NCBI GenBank assembly: GCA_039586365.1
Contig: JBDHKN010000087.1
Span: 1 to 20,257, forward strand
DNA from: Gemmatimonadota bacterium
GTDB lineage: Bacteria; Gemmatimonadota; Gemmatimonadetes; Gemmatimonadales; GWC2-71-9
DNA: 20,257 bases
Reading direction: 5' to 3'
Positions 1 to 8,216 of the stretch are shown here, one piece after another; the first letter of the stretch is position 1; each line of letters starts with the position of its first letter. Below the pieces are notes generated by a model, which saw only the letters and a program-made list of their open reading frames with translations, ran no database searches and was not told where the DNA came from. Position numbers and translations under genes: made by a program.

Positions 1-2
1 TC

Positions 3-548
3 AGGCAACAGGGGCGCTTCGACATCCTCGTGCACGCCGCGGGGATTTCCGCGGCCATTCCGCTCGCCGACACCACCTTCGCCGAGTGGCGCCGGGTATT
101 GGCCACGAACCTCGACGGCAGCTTCCTAGCGATCAAGCACGGCATCCGCGCTATGCGCGACGCGGGGGGCGCGATCGTCGTGGTCGGCTCCGCCTCCGGG
201 ATCCGGCCCGCCGCCGGCGCGACGGCATACTCCACCAGCAAGGCGGCCGTGAGCATGTTGGTACGCGCGGCCGCCAAGGAATGTCGCGAGGGCAAGCTCC
301 CCATCCGGATCAATGTGGTCAGCCCGGCAGGGGTCAAAACCCCGATGTGGCGGGCCATGCCGTTCTTCCAGGACCTGATCCGGCAACATGGCTCGGAGGA
401 CGCCGCGTTTGCGGCCTTGGAGGCCGGCGCTAGCGGGCGGTTCGCCGAACCCGAGGAGATCGCGCAGAGCGTGCTGTTCCTCGTCTCGGACGCCGCCTGC
501 CACGTAACCGGCGTGGAGCTGCCGGTCGATGGCGGCTACATCCTCTAG
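3..548 (+). CDS. Short-chain dehydrogenase/reductase (SDR), 5'-truncated by the window edge
   Basis: Frame is open from base 3 (RQQGRFDILVHAAG, NNAG-like). Catalytic YSTSK (YxxxK), IRINVVSP and C-terminal VTGVELPVDGG are present. Confidence 0.93.
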   Translation, partial: RQQGRFDILVHAAGISAAIPLADTTFAEWRRVLATNLDGSFLAIKHGIRAMRDAGGAIVVVGSASGIRPAAGATAYSTSKAAVSMLVRAAAKECREGKLPIRINVVSPAGVKTPMWRAMPFFQDLIRQHGSEDAAFAALEAGASGRFAEPEEIAQSVLFLVSDAACHVTGVELPVDGGYIL

Positions 549-564
549 GTCGTGCGCCGGCGCC

Positions 565-725
565 GCCCAACAAGCGTTTGCAGCTGGCGCTGCAGGCTTT
601 CTAGCTACGGACTTTGGCCCTGCCGCGCGGAGGGCTCCTTGTAGAAGGTGGGTACATGCTGGTTGACTTTGCTCCGTTGCCCTCCGCGCTTCTCAGGGCG
701 CAGCTGAAGCGCAAGGTCGTTAGGC
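565..725 (+). repeat. attC site, ~160-bp family (161 bp)
   Basis: GCCCAAC-aagcgtttgcagctggcgc ... gcgcagctgaagcgc-aaggtc-GTTAGGC. Confidence 0.93.
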
Positions 726-920
726 GGCACTCATTCTCGGTCCGGAGGTCTATAGGTCACAGGTAGGGGATTCAGCCACCACCGCGGAATCGCAGGCCTG
801 CCTCATTCTTGTCACGACAACTGAGGTGTGGGAGGTGTGGACGTTCTAGTATGGAGGCTGACTGGCAAACCGCTTAGTCCTGGCAAAGGTGAGAACTCTG
901 GCAACGGTCAGGCGGCTCTG

Positions 921-1344
921 ATGTTGAAGCGGATGTTGTTCACTGCCGCACTGCTCGCGTCGGGCGCCGCCGCATGCGACAGCGCGACAGCCCCCGCCAC
1001 GAGTTTGGTGCTCTCGAGAGCCCCTGACTTCGTCGCGGTCGTTATCCAGACTACGTACGAGAGCTTCTTCGCTCCCTCGGGGTTCTCCCTCGGGGTTCTG
1101 GGTCGAGCAGTACAAGGTCTGGGTTGCTATTCCGCCGTCCACGACCGCGAATGCTGGGGTGGTTGTCGGCGTGTCGAGGCCTGTATTCGTCAGCAACGAC
1201 GGCGTCCTAGCCCGTGCCACTGCGGATTCCATCAGTGTCGGCGATTCGATTCAAGTCTGGCACACCGGCTCGGTTGGCTACGGGGCGGAAGAGGCGCCTG
1301 ATTCACCGTGCTACATCGCCACCCAGGTCTTGATAGTTCGGTAG
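921..1344 (+). pseudogene. Lipoprotein (possibly DUF3221/YobA-like) frameshifted by a 13-bp tandem duplication
   Basis: Lipobox in MLKRMLFTAALLASGAAAC. CTCCCTCGGGGTT occurs twice (1072-1097). Removing one copy joins ORF 921 to the 1159-1344 frame, giving 136 aa ending ISVGDSIQVWHTGSV...ATQVLIVR. Confidence 0.8.
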
Positions 1345-1359
1345 CTCGCACGGGGCGCC

Positions 1360-1518
1360 GCCTAACAAGCGCTTGCAGCTGGCGCTGCTGCCTTTCGGGC
1401 AGCCGCCTTTTTTCCGTGACGGGGCGAGTTCACTATTGATGGTTACATTGCGGTTTGGCCTCTGCTCCGTGGACCCGCGCGGTCCTCAGGGCGCAGCTGA
1501 AGCGCAGAGTCGTTAGAC
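1360..1518 (+). repeat. attC site, ~160-bp family (159 bp)
   Basis: GCCTAAC-aagcgcttgcagctggcgc ... gcgcagctgaagcgc-agagtc-GTTAGAC. Confidence 0.95.
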
Positions 1519-1535
1519 CGCACCAAGGCGGGAAC

Positions 1536-2744
1536 GTGCTGTCTGTAGGATCTAGCAGACTCGGAATTCGGTGTTGTGCAGCGCTTAGCGCGATGCCGGT
1601 GCTTATGATCGCTGTTGGTCTGTCGGGTTGTCAGAGTGAGCGGCAACCGGCCCGTGACGTGGTGGTGGGCAGACCTCTGTGGACTCCGCAGACCGCTTGG
1701 ACAGTGCGCGCTGAGCCAACTCTAGTTCTTGGAACGCCGAATTCCGTGCCCGAAGCTCAGTTCCACGATGTTCGCGGTGCCATTGCCCTTTCCGACGGTC
1801 GTATTGTCGTCGCTGAAGCTTCTGCGGATCAACTCGTGGTTTTTGGCTCAGACGGCCGGGTTATCAGGACGATCGGTCGCAGTGGTCGTGGCCCAGGTGA
1901 GCTTCGCGACCCGAACGATCTCTTTCTGCTGCCAGGTGACACGATTGCAGTCAGAGATCTCTCCACATCTAGGATTACCTTGTTCACTCCTGACGGTAGT
2001 GTGGTCGACACGTGGCGCATTGATGGGCCACCACGGAGTATCGCGGGAGTCTTACGCGGTCATCGACTGGTTGCATTTGCCGATTTTCCAGGCCTCGGCA
2101 TGGGCTTGGTTCAAGCTCGCCCTTTCTCTGTCTTGGTACTGGACTTCAGTGGGGAAGAACTCGCTACGGTTGGCCCGTTTGAAGGGAGGAAGGGCTACAA
2201 CGTTGACCGTGGTAATCTGCATATCGGCATCGATTACATCTTCGACTACCGCACACATGTGGCGGCTGGCTGGGATTTCTTCGTTGTAGGAGACAGCGGG
2301 TCTGATTCTGTGATCGTCTACGACCTCAATGGGGAGCCTGCTCTTGTTATCCAGTTGCCTTTGGAGGGACGTCTTGTCCAGAGGGAGGATGTGGAAGCTT
2401 ATCTAGATAGGCACGCGCCTGCGAGCGAGAATCGCATGGACAAGGCCTGGCGGCAGGCACACCTCGAAATGATCGAGAAAGTCTCGATTCCGGAGAGACT
2501 CCCAAGGTTTGCCGATCTCCGAATTGATCCAGACGGCAACCTATGGATTCAAGGCTATCCGGAACCCGAGGCGAGAACTGACAATTGGTACGTGTTCGAC
2601 ATCCATGGTCTTTGGCTGGGGGTCGTGTCTGTCCCCGGCGGGCTCAAGCGTGTGCTGTACATCGGGCGGTCTTGCCTCCTGGGTCTAGCCCAGGGCGAGT
2701 ACGATATTCCGCTGGTGCAGGTGTACCAGCTCTTGAAACCATAG
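1536..2744 (+). CDS. 6-bladed beta-propeller (NHL-like) lipoprotein
   Basis: Lipobox LSGC. Propeller motifs LSDGRIVVAE, TIGRSGRGPGEL, DLRIDPDGNLWI. Start uncertain (GTG 1536 or ATG 1593); the ORF-track start at 1455 lies inside attC. Confidence 0.8.
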   Translation: MLSVGSSRLGIRCCAALSAMPVLMIAVGLSGCQSERQPARDVVVGRPLWTPQTAWTVRAEPTLVLGTPNSVPEAQFHDVRGAIALSDGRIVVAEASADQLVVFGSDGRVIRTIGRSGRGPGELRDPNDLFLLPGDTIAVRDLSTSRITLFTPDGSVVDTWRIDGPPRSIAGVLRGHRLVAFADFPGLGMGLVQARPFSVLVLDFSGEELATVGPFEGRKGYNVDRGNLHIGIDYIFDYRTHVAAGWDFFVVGDSGSDSVIVYDLNGEPALVIQLPLEGRLVQREDVEAYLDRHAPASENRMDKAWRQAHLEMIEKVSIPERLPRFADLRIDPDGNLWIQGYPEPEARTDNWYVFDIHGLWLGVVSVPGGLKRVLYIGRSCLLGLAQGEYDIPLVQVYQLLKP

Positions 2745-2770
2745 AGGCGGCGGGCTTATTGCTAGGTGCG

Positions 2771-2930
2771 GTCTAACAAGCGCTTGCAGCTGGCGCTGCA
2801 GTCTATCGAGGAACGGCCTCTGATCTGTGATAAGGTGAGTTCATCGCAGTTGGTGACATCGCGCCTTGGCCTCTGCTCCGTGGACCCCCGCGTTCCTGCG
2901 GGGCGCAGCTGAAGCGCAGAGTCGTTAGGC
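2771..2930 (+). repeat. attC site, ~160-bp family (160 bp)
   Basis: GTCTAAC ... gcgcagctgaagcgcagagtc-GTTAGGC. Confidence 0.95.
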
Positions 2931-3000
2931 GGCAGCTCCGGATTGGCCCTATGACTGACAGGTGGCCTCAGAAGGCTGTTGCTCTGCTGGAGGTGAAGCG

Positions 3001-3591
3001 ATGAGGGCCGGCCATCGTTTGATTATTGGCATCGTCCTGTCGATACTCGCCCCGGTCGCTTCCTTCGCCCAAACGGACTTTGCCATTGAGGAGATCCGGC
3101 TGTTGGCACGACCGTTTACGGACCCGTGGTCCACCAAGCCACCGCCGGCAGCCCTGGATCTACCGGGCGTGTGGGCGGCTATCGACTTCGAAGACTCCAT
3201 CGTTGTCGAGGTCGAGGTCCGATTGCCCGCCTCTGAACTTGAGAGAGCACTGCTCGTAGCGGACGTGCAAGTTGCCGCGGCACGGACAGTGGGACGTGCC
3301 GAGCAAGAGGAATTAGTTGACTGGGACCGCATGTACGACAGTGAAGTCTGGCTGCCGAGTTTTCACTCGTTTGCAGTCCCAGTGGCCGAAGGCAAGCAAA
3401 TCTCCGCTGGGCGCTACGTGATCACGCTGGGGCACTTCATGATTGAACCAATCCGAGGTGAACTGTACCGGCATGACCGGCGTCTGATTCTGACACATCT
3501 CCGTGTCACAGCGGCGCTGATTGCGGAACGAGCGGAGGATTACACCGCAGAGCACTTTGTCGAACGGACCATAAAGGTCGGACTGAACTAG
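3001..3591 (+). CDS. Hypothetical secreted protein
   Basis: GGAGGTG RBS before ATG 3001. Signal peptide ending ASFA-Q. Fills the cassette. Confidence 0.75.
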   Translation: MRAGHRLIIGIVLSILAPVASFAQTDFAIEEIRLLARPFTDPWSTKPPPAALDLPGVWAAIDFEDSIVVEVEVRLPASELERALLVADVQVAAARTVGRAEQEELVDWDRMYDSEVWLPSFHSFAVPVAEGKQISAGRYVITLGHFMIEPIRGELYRHDRRLILTHLRVTAALIAERAEDYTAEHFVERTIKVGLN

Positions 3592-3608
3592 CGATTCATC
3601 TGGCTGCC

Positions 3609-3748
3609 GCCTAACAAGCGTTTGCACCTGACGCGGGCGCCGCTCGCGGCGGTGGCCTTGGATTGTCATCGGTCGTGTTCGGCGGCCCGGCCGCTTCCCC
3701 GATCGGGCGTGGTCGTAGCCGCGCAGGTGAAACGCAAATCCGTTCGGC
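3609..3748 (+). repeat. attC site, ~140-bp family (140 bp)
   Basis: GCCTAAC-aagcgtttgcacctgacgcgg ... ccgcgcaggtgaaacgc-aaatcc-GTTCGGC. Confidence 0.93.
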
Positions 3749-3819
3749 GGGCGACGGGAGGTGGACGCTAGCTCCAGTAGTGATAGCACGCCCGACCGTA
3801 GGAAGGGAGGCGACGGGCC

Positions 3820-4362
3820 ATGGATCATGAGTCCTTCGGACGTTTTGCTGGCCGCGTCACGTCGTGCCACCTGGTGACGTACTTCATAGCGGGCGTACTC
3901 GCTTACACATTGCTTGATTATGGAACGCTGTTTCAGACGGGTGCGTTCGCCTGTCTGATGCGACCCATCAGTTCCAGGTGGGTGGCGGCTGGGCCAGCGC
4001 TACAGGTCATCCGTGGGCTCATGTTCGCTGTCGCGCTATACCCGTTCAAGAGCGTGTTCCTTGGTGGCCGTCGGGGGTGGCTGAGACTGTGGGGACTGCT
4101 GGTGGGCTTAGCGATCTTCTCCACCGCGGGTGCGGCGCCGGGGTCGGTGGAAGGCATCATCTACACGAAGATCCCGCTCGGCTCTCAACTGATCGGGCTA
4201 CCAGAGGTGCTGCTTCAGACGCTTGCCTTTTCTCTGCTTGTCACAACATGGCATCGGCATCCGCACCGGGCGTGGGCAATCGTCATGGCCAGCCTGACCG
4301 TCTTAGGGATCCTGCTGAGTCTGGCCGGAGCGTTCTTGCCGCGGCCGCCGGCGGTCGAATGA
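3820..4362 (+). CDS. Hypothetical multi-pass membrane protein
   Basis: GGAGG RBS, about 5 hydrophobic segments, fills the cassette. Confidence 0.8.
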   Translation: MDHESFGRFAGRVTSCHLVTYFIAGVLAYTLLDYGTLFQTGAFACLMRPISSRWVAAGPALQVIRGLMFAVALYPFKSVFLGGRRGWLRLWGLLVGLAIFSTAGAAPGSVEGIIYTKIPLGSQLIGLPEVLLQTLAFSLLVTTWHRHPHRAWAIVMASLTVLGILLSLAGAFLPRPPAVE

Positions 4363-4383
4363 AACCCGGGGGTCGGAAGCGCC

Positions 4384-4467
4384 GCCGAACAACCGGTTGG
4401 AGCTGACGAAGCACGGTTGTAGCCCCGAGCGGCCCCGGAACTTCGCAGCTCAACCGGGGTGTTAGGC
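4384..4467 (+). repeat. attC site, short outlier type (84 bp)
   Basis: GCCGAAC-aaccggttggagctgacgaag ... cttcgcagctcaaccgg-ggt-GTTAGGC. Arms pair with two bulged bases. Confidence 0.9.
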
Positions 4468-4473
4468 GGCGCT

Positions 4474-4691
4474 ATGCCGGATTGGTACACGCAACAGTTC
4501 TCCCTGAAAGGGAAGAGTGGCGACGCTAAGCGGTCAGCCTTCATAAAGACCTGGCGTTGTTGATCATCGTGGATGCTGTAATCGTGGTGGGTGTCAATGT
4601 CCTGCTTGGGGAATCTTTGATCCTTGCGGTCATCTGTGCGGCGGTCTTTAACGTGATCGATCTGTTTGGGCTGGCAGCGGAGGTCATGTAG
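4474..4691 (+). other. Small cassette with no long ORF: a 29-aa ORF (4474-4563) overlapping a 46-codon hydrophobic frame (4551-4691)
   Basis: Read by hand: MPDWYTQQFSLKGKSGDAKRSAFIKTWRC* and LALLIIVDAVIVVGVNVLLGESLILAVICAAVFNVIDLFGLAAEVM*. Confidence 0.4.
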
Positions 4692-4732
4692 GCTGGCTTC
4701 GCAAGGCGCCAGTGTCCGAAATGGTTAGCGCC

Positions 4733-4873
4733 GCCTAACAAGCATTTGGACCTGACGCGGGCGCCGCTCGGAGTGATGTCCTTATATTGTTCTTCTCTCG
4801 TGTTCAGTGGTAATGCCGCGCCCGCAGGCAGGCGCGGTCGTTGCCGCGCAGGTCAAATGCATATCCGTTAGAC
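4733..4873 (+). repeat. attC site, ~140-bp family (141 bp)
   Basis: GCCTAAC-aagcatttggacctgac ... gcaggtcaaatgc-atatcc-GTTAGAC, with compensatory changes in both arms. Confidence 0.93.
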
Positions 4874-4979
4874 GGACACAGCGGGGTCACTTTGCAGCGA
4901 GCCGATCATCGGACTGGGTAATGTCCCGGTCGATTAACACCTCGATGAGCTGATAATCCGCAGTCAAAGGAAACGCGGG

Positions 4980-5372
4980 ATGAGACGAAAGCTCTTTCTC
5001 GTCTGCGGTATCTTGGCATCCCTGCTCTATGTCGCTACTGACATGCTCGCAGCTATACTATGGGAAGGCTACAGCTACACTGCCCAAACCATCAGTGAGA
5101 CCTTTGCTATCGGTGCTCCGACGAGACCACTCGTCGTTCTGCGTGGCCTTGGGTATTCTGTCCTTGTGATCGCATTCGGATTGGGCGTCTGGGGATCGGC
5201 CAGTGGAAAGCGTCCGCTGCGCGTTGCAGGCGGACTGTTGGTCGGAATCGCCGTCGTCGACTTGATGGCGCCATTTGTTGCCCCGATGCATCTTCGTGGC
5301 GCCGAGCGGACGCTAGCCGATACGATGCATATAGTCCTGGCGCTGTGGGGAACGGCCTTTGATGTCTGGTGA
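4980..5372 (+). pseudogene. DUF998-like membrane protein, 3'-truncated and fused into an attC remnant
   Basis: GYSYTAQTISE...H pattern typical of DUF998 proteins. Sequence switches to attC-family sequence at CTGGCG (5337), and the last residues (LWGTAFDVW) are read from attC. Confidence 0.75.
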
Positions 5373-5469
5373 GGTCAGTTCATTGCAGTTAGGTGAGGTC
5401 GCCCTTCGGCTTTTGCTCCGTGGACACCGGCGTTCCTCAGGGCGTAGCTGAAGCGCGAAGTCGTTAGGC
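5337..5469 (+). repeat. Truncated attC (~160-bp family) lacking R'' and most of L''
   Basis: ctggcgctg...ggaacggcct...ttcattgcagtt...ctccgtggac...gcgtagctgaagcgcgaagtc-GTTAGGC, with no upstream RYYYAAC. Confidence 0.88.
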
Positions 5470-5482
5470 ATCAGGTACTGCA

Positions 5483-5512
5483 TCGTGCTAGATTTGCTTA
5501 GGACTAGCACGA
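5483..5512 (+). promoter_or_regulatory. Inverted repeat overlapping a candidate extended -10 of the hicBA cassette (putative autoregulatory operator)
   Basis: TCGTGCTAG-N12-CTAGCACGA. TGcTAGATT at 5486-5494. GAGGA RBS follows. Confidence 0.5.
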
Positions 5513-5522
5513 GGATGGTCAT

Positions 5523-5744
5523 ATGAAGCTTACCGCCCTATTCCGTAAGGTCCCTGAGGGCTACATCGGATTTGTAGAAGAACTCGCGGGTGCCAACACC
5601 CAAGGAAAGACGCTAGAGGAGGCCAGGGAGAACCTGCGTGAAGCCGTCGAGCTTGTTCTCCAGGCTAACCGTAGCCTTGCCCACGAGTCCGTCGGCGAGG
5701 AGGGCGGCTTCATCCGCGAACCCTTCGAGGTCTCGAGCGATTGA
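5523..5744 (+). CDS. hicB: HicB family antitoxin (short form, no obvious DNA-binding domain)
   Basis: GYIGFVEELAGANTQGKTLEEARENLREAVEL is a HicB partial RNase H-fold signature. Confidence 0.9.
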   Translation: MKLTALFRKVPEGYIGFVEELAGANTQGKTLEEARENLREAVELVLQANRSLAHESVGEEGGFIREPFEVSSD

Positions 5745-5922
5745 AGCGCCGCGATCTCGTCCGCCATTTGGAGTCCCACGGGTGCAAGCTGTATAGAGAA
5801 GGCCGCACACTCTTTACATCAACCCTAGGGCGCGAAAGGTCGCTACCGTCCCACGGCATCGGAAGATCAACGAGTATCTCGCTCGCAAGATCTGCCGTGA
5901 CTTGCAGGTAGCTGAGCCCTGA
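5741..5922 (+). pseudogene. hicA: HicA family toxin, frameshifted at ~5804
   Basis: TTG overlaps the hicB stop. First frame reads MKRRDLVRHLESHGCKLYREG; shifted frame reads HTLYINPRARKVATVPRHRKINEYLARKICRDLQVAEP*. The 182-nt span is not a multiple of 3. Confidence 0.85.
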
Positions 5923-5923
5923 T

Positions 5924-6083
5924 GCCTAACAAGCGCTTGCAGCTGGCGCTGCTGGGTATTGGGGAACGGCCTCTGATCTGTGCTAGGGTGAGTACATTGC
6001 AGGTGGTGACATCGCGCTTCGGCAGCTGCTCCGTGGCCCCCCATGCTGCTGCGGGGCGCAGTTGAAGCGCAGAGTCGTTATGC
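5924..6083 (+). repeat. attC site, ~160-bp family (160 bp)
   Basis: GCCTAAC ... gcgcagttgaagcgcagagtc-GTTATGC. Confidence 0.94.
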
Positions 6084-6141
6084 GGCACTTCGACACACAT
6101 AGGATCCGGACCTGTTATCTCGCGCGCGAGAGGGGGACGAT

Positions 6142-6645
6142 ATGACGCATATACAGAGGCATCCGGTTCGGAGGGTACTGCTTCTTGGATGGATACCGAT
6201 CATTATCTTGGCGGCCTGCACTGGATCAGCGGACTCACAAAGAGCGGCGAACATCGAAACGGTCACACTGCTCCACACTGAGGTGTGGAGTGAAGGCCGC
6301 GTGGAACTAATCCCAACGCTATACGCTGACGGGTATGTTGGTGACTTTCCAGGTGGAACAACCTTGAATGGCCGCGACGGCATACAAGCGGAAGTCGAGA
6401 ACGTTCGTTCTGCATTTCCTGATTGGACAGAGACCGTGGAGCAGATTGTTGCTGACGGGGATTGGATCGTCACCCTATATCGGTCAACAGGCACGCATTC
6501 CGGGGAGTTTCTTGGTAACCCAGCGACTGGGAATGTTGTGGGGATTCTCGAGGCATCCGTGTTTCGAATGGTCGATGGGAAGATTGCTGAGCAGTGGGCA
6601 TTCCCAGACGTTCTGAGTCTTCAGACCCAGACGGCTTCTAAGTGA
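6142..6645 (+). CDS. SnoaL-like ester cyclase family lipoprotein
   Basis: Lipobox LAAC. RSAFPDW, GTHSGEFLGNPATG, DGKIAEQW motifs. Confidence 0.88.
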   Translation: MTHIQRHPVRRVLLLGWIPIIILAACTGSADSQRAANIETVTLLHTEVWSEGRVELIPTLYADGYVGDFPGGTTLNGRDGIQAEVENVRSAFPDWTETVEQIVADGDWIVTLYRSTGTHSGEFLGNPATGNVVGILEASVFRMVDGKIAEQWAFPDVLSLQTQTASK

Positions 6646-6683
6646 TGCTGAGCGTCCGCGAACGCACGACCGCACTGGGTGCC

Positions 6684-6823
6684 GCATAACAAGCGTTTGC
6701 ACCTGACGCGGGTACCATTCGTGGTGTTTGCCTTTGATTGTCTCTTGTCGTGTTAAGTAACCTGGCCGCGCCCGTCTGTGAGCGTGGTCGTTGCCGCGCA
6801 GGTGAAACGCTAATCCGTTAGAC
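6684..6823 (+). repeat. attC site, ~140-bp family (140 bp)
   Basis: GCATAAC ... gcgcaggtgaaacgctaatcc-GTTAGAC. Confidence 0.94.
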
Positions 6824-6877
6824 GGCAGCAGATACGCGGATCTCAAGCTGGTGTAGGCGCCTGGAAGGAGGTAGCAC

Positions 6878-7354
6878 ATGTTGAGCACTCGCTGCTCTGT
6901 CGCGGCGATCGTCCTAATGGCGATTGCCGGTTGTAGTTCTCAGCGTGACAGCGATTCATCCGCGGCCGACATCGCGGCCGTTCAGCAGTTGGTGACGGAT
7001 ATCGACGCTGCTGGCGACCTGGACAGTTTCTTGTCTTTCTTCGCGGAGGATCTCGTTGACATGCCACCGAACGAACCGGCGATCATCGGCAAGCAGGCCC
7101 TACGAGCACACCACGAGCCGCTGTATGAAGCGTTCAACGTCCGTATCACACGTGAGCCAGTCGAGACGCATGCGTTCGGCGATGTGGTGATACAGCGGGG
7201 TGCCGGTGTCGCTGAGCTCGCTCCCAAGGCGGGAGGGGACCCAGTGATCTTGGATCAGAAGTACCTGTTCGTCTTCCGCCGGCAAGAGGACGGTTCCTTC
7301 AAGCTCTGGCGGGCGATCTTCAACGATAACGCACCGCTCGCGGCGTCTCAGTGA
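6878..7354 (+). CDS. NTF2-like (DUF4440/SnoaL) lipoprotein
   Basis: AGGAGGT RBS, lipobox IAGC. AGDLDSFLSFFAED, MPPNEPAIIGK, KYLFVFRRQEDGSFKL motifs. Confidence 0.85.
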   Translation: MLSTRCSVAAIVLMAIAGCSSQRDSDSSAADIAAVQQLVTDIDAAGDLDSFLSFFAEDLVDMPPNEPAIIGKQALRAHHEPLYEAFNVRITREPVETHAFGDVVIQRGAGVAELAPKAGGDPVILDQKYLFVFRRQEDGSFKLWRAIFNDNAPLAASQ

Positions 7355-7378
7355 CTCGCGTGCAACAAGCAGGCTGCC

Positions 7379-7519
7379 GTCTAACCAGCGTTTGCACCTG
7401 ACGCGGGCACGGTATGGGGAGGTGGCCTTAGATTTGTCGTTAGTCGTGATTGACGGTCCGGCCGCTCCCTCAATCGGGCGCGGTCGTAGCCGCGCAGGTG
7501 AAACGCTATTCCGTTAGGC
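7379..7519 (+). repeat. attC site, ~140-bp family (141 bp)
   Basis: GTCTAAC ... gcgcaggtgaaacgctattcc-GTTAGGC. Confidence 0.94.
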
Positions 7520-7551
7520 GGCAGCCACACGCATTGAAGAACACAGGTAGG

Positions 7552-8169
7552 ATGAAAGGATCGAGTTTTGGACCGCTGGATGCGGACTCTGACGCCCAGC
7601 TGCTGACGGCGTATCGGTACCTCCTTGAGGCTTTTCCAAGACTCGGGCGGGCCCCCACTCTACGTGAGATGAAGAACGAACTCGATCTCAGCGAGGATTC
7701 CATTGGTGAGATCTTGGGAAGGCTTGAAGCTTGTGGTGCCTTGCGACTTGATCCGCGCACGTCCTGGATCGCCGACGCTTATCCGTATTCACCAACTCCT
7801 ACGAGCCATTTGGTGAGCTTCGATACGGGTGTTCGAGCATACTGCATGTGTGCAATTGATTGCTTTTACGTCCCATTCCTTACGGGGTCTAATATTTCTA
7901 TTGAGTCAAGATGCCATCTGTGCCGAACCGGCATACACGTGCGTATTGAGCGGGGGAAGATATTGATGGTGGTGCCGGTGACGACGGTTGTCTGGGACAG
8001 TGAAGCTTTGTATGACTGTCCAAAGACAAACTTCTTCTGCAGCGAAGGCCACCTACTGGAGTGGAGAACCTCTGCACCTGATGAGGCAGGGAGGATTCGC
8101 TCACTCGACGCAGCGCTCGAAAGAGGGCGTGAGGCCGCAACCCGAATAAGGCAGGTAATTGGCGGTTAG
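7552..8169 (+). CDS. merB: MerB-like alkylmercury lyase family protein
   Basis: N-terminal winged-helix-like segment, then AYPYSPTPT, YCMCAID (matches the MerB WCALD Cys/Asp motif), IESRC, and CPKTNFFCS. Confidence 0.75.
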   Translation: MKGSSFGPLDADSDAQLLTAYRYLLEAFPRLGRAPTLREMKNELDLSEDSIGEILGRLEACGALRLDPRTSWIADAYPYSPTPTSHLVSFDTGVRAYCMCAIDCFYVPFLTGSNISIESRCHLCRTGIHVRIERGKILMVVPVTTVVWDSEALYDCPKTNFFCSEGHLLEWRTSAPDEAGRIRSLDAALERGREAATRIRQVIGG

Positions 8170-8216
8170 TCATCTTCTGCCCAGTTCGTGTGAGGCAACT
8201 GAGCATCCTCGCTGCC

